DNA of 64,000 bases from Gammaproteobacteria bacterium (lineage in GTDB: Bacteria > Pseudomonadota > Gammaproteobacteria > Ga0077536), in the NCBI GenBank assembly GCA_963662545.2, contig CAXXLL010000003.1:1952001-2016000 (forward strand), read 5' to 3'. Positions within the stretch are counted from its first letter, which is position 1. The number at the start of each line of letters is the position of its first letter. Under the pieces are notes generated by a model. The model saw only the letters and a list, made by a program, of their open reading frames with translations. It did not search any database and was not told where the DNA came from. The position numbers and the translations under genes were made by a program. This document shows positions 63,914-64,000 of this stretch, in pieces.

Positions 63914-64000
63914 ATGAAGCACCGCCATCATCCGTTCCTGATCTTAAGCTTTGTCATTGCGATCGGGATCTCAGCAAGCGTCCATGGTCAGCCATTTCAA
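63914..64000 (+). CDS. Start of a secreted protein (truncated by the window edge)
   Basis: MKHRHHPFLILSFVIAIGISASVHG signal-peptide-like. Confidence 0.4.
   Translation, partial: MKHRHHPFLILSFVIAIGISASVHGQPFQ

Noticed and set aside
1-64000. tRNA, rRNA or known riboswitch
   Set aside because: No cloverleaf, rRNA or riboswitch consensus recognised by eye; an Rfam/tRNAscan run is needed to exclude them.

Overview
GC-rich bacterial window, probably proteobacterial (inferred from TPS, AsmA, FecR and EF-G2 genes; not proven). It holds mostly catabolic and redox enzymes (flavin monooxygenases, Rieske and TauD oxygenases, SDRs, CoA ligases, M20 hydrolases, amidase). Accessory parts: (i) at 0-8.8 kb an integron-type cassette with a degenerate attC, an IS256 with 9-bp target duplication, and four same-orientation copies of an ~86-bp repeat that begins at a GTT/ATT crossover-like point and brackets a solo GHKL ATPase; (ii) a GT-C (GT87) + UDP-apiose/xylose-synthase-like + GT2 operon suggesting lipid-carrier apiose/xylose glycosylation; (iii) a two-partner secretion locus (TpsA, tandem-FecR protein, TpsB) with internal duplications; (iv) a CxxU SelW/Rdx selenoprotein missed by the ORF track; (v) two MITE families and several REP-like families. 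Four apparent frameshifts in three otherwise intact genes suggest sequencing indels. No rRNA, tRNA, CRISPR array or integron integrase was recognised. All alignments and counts were done by eye.
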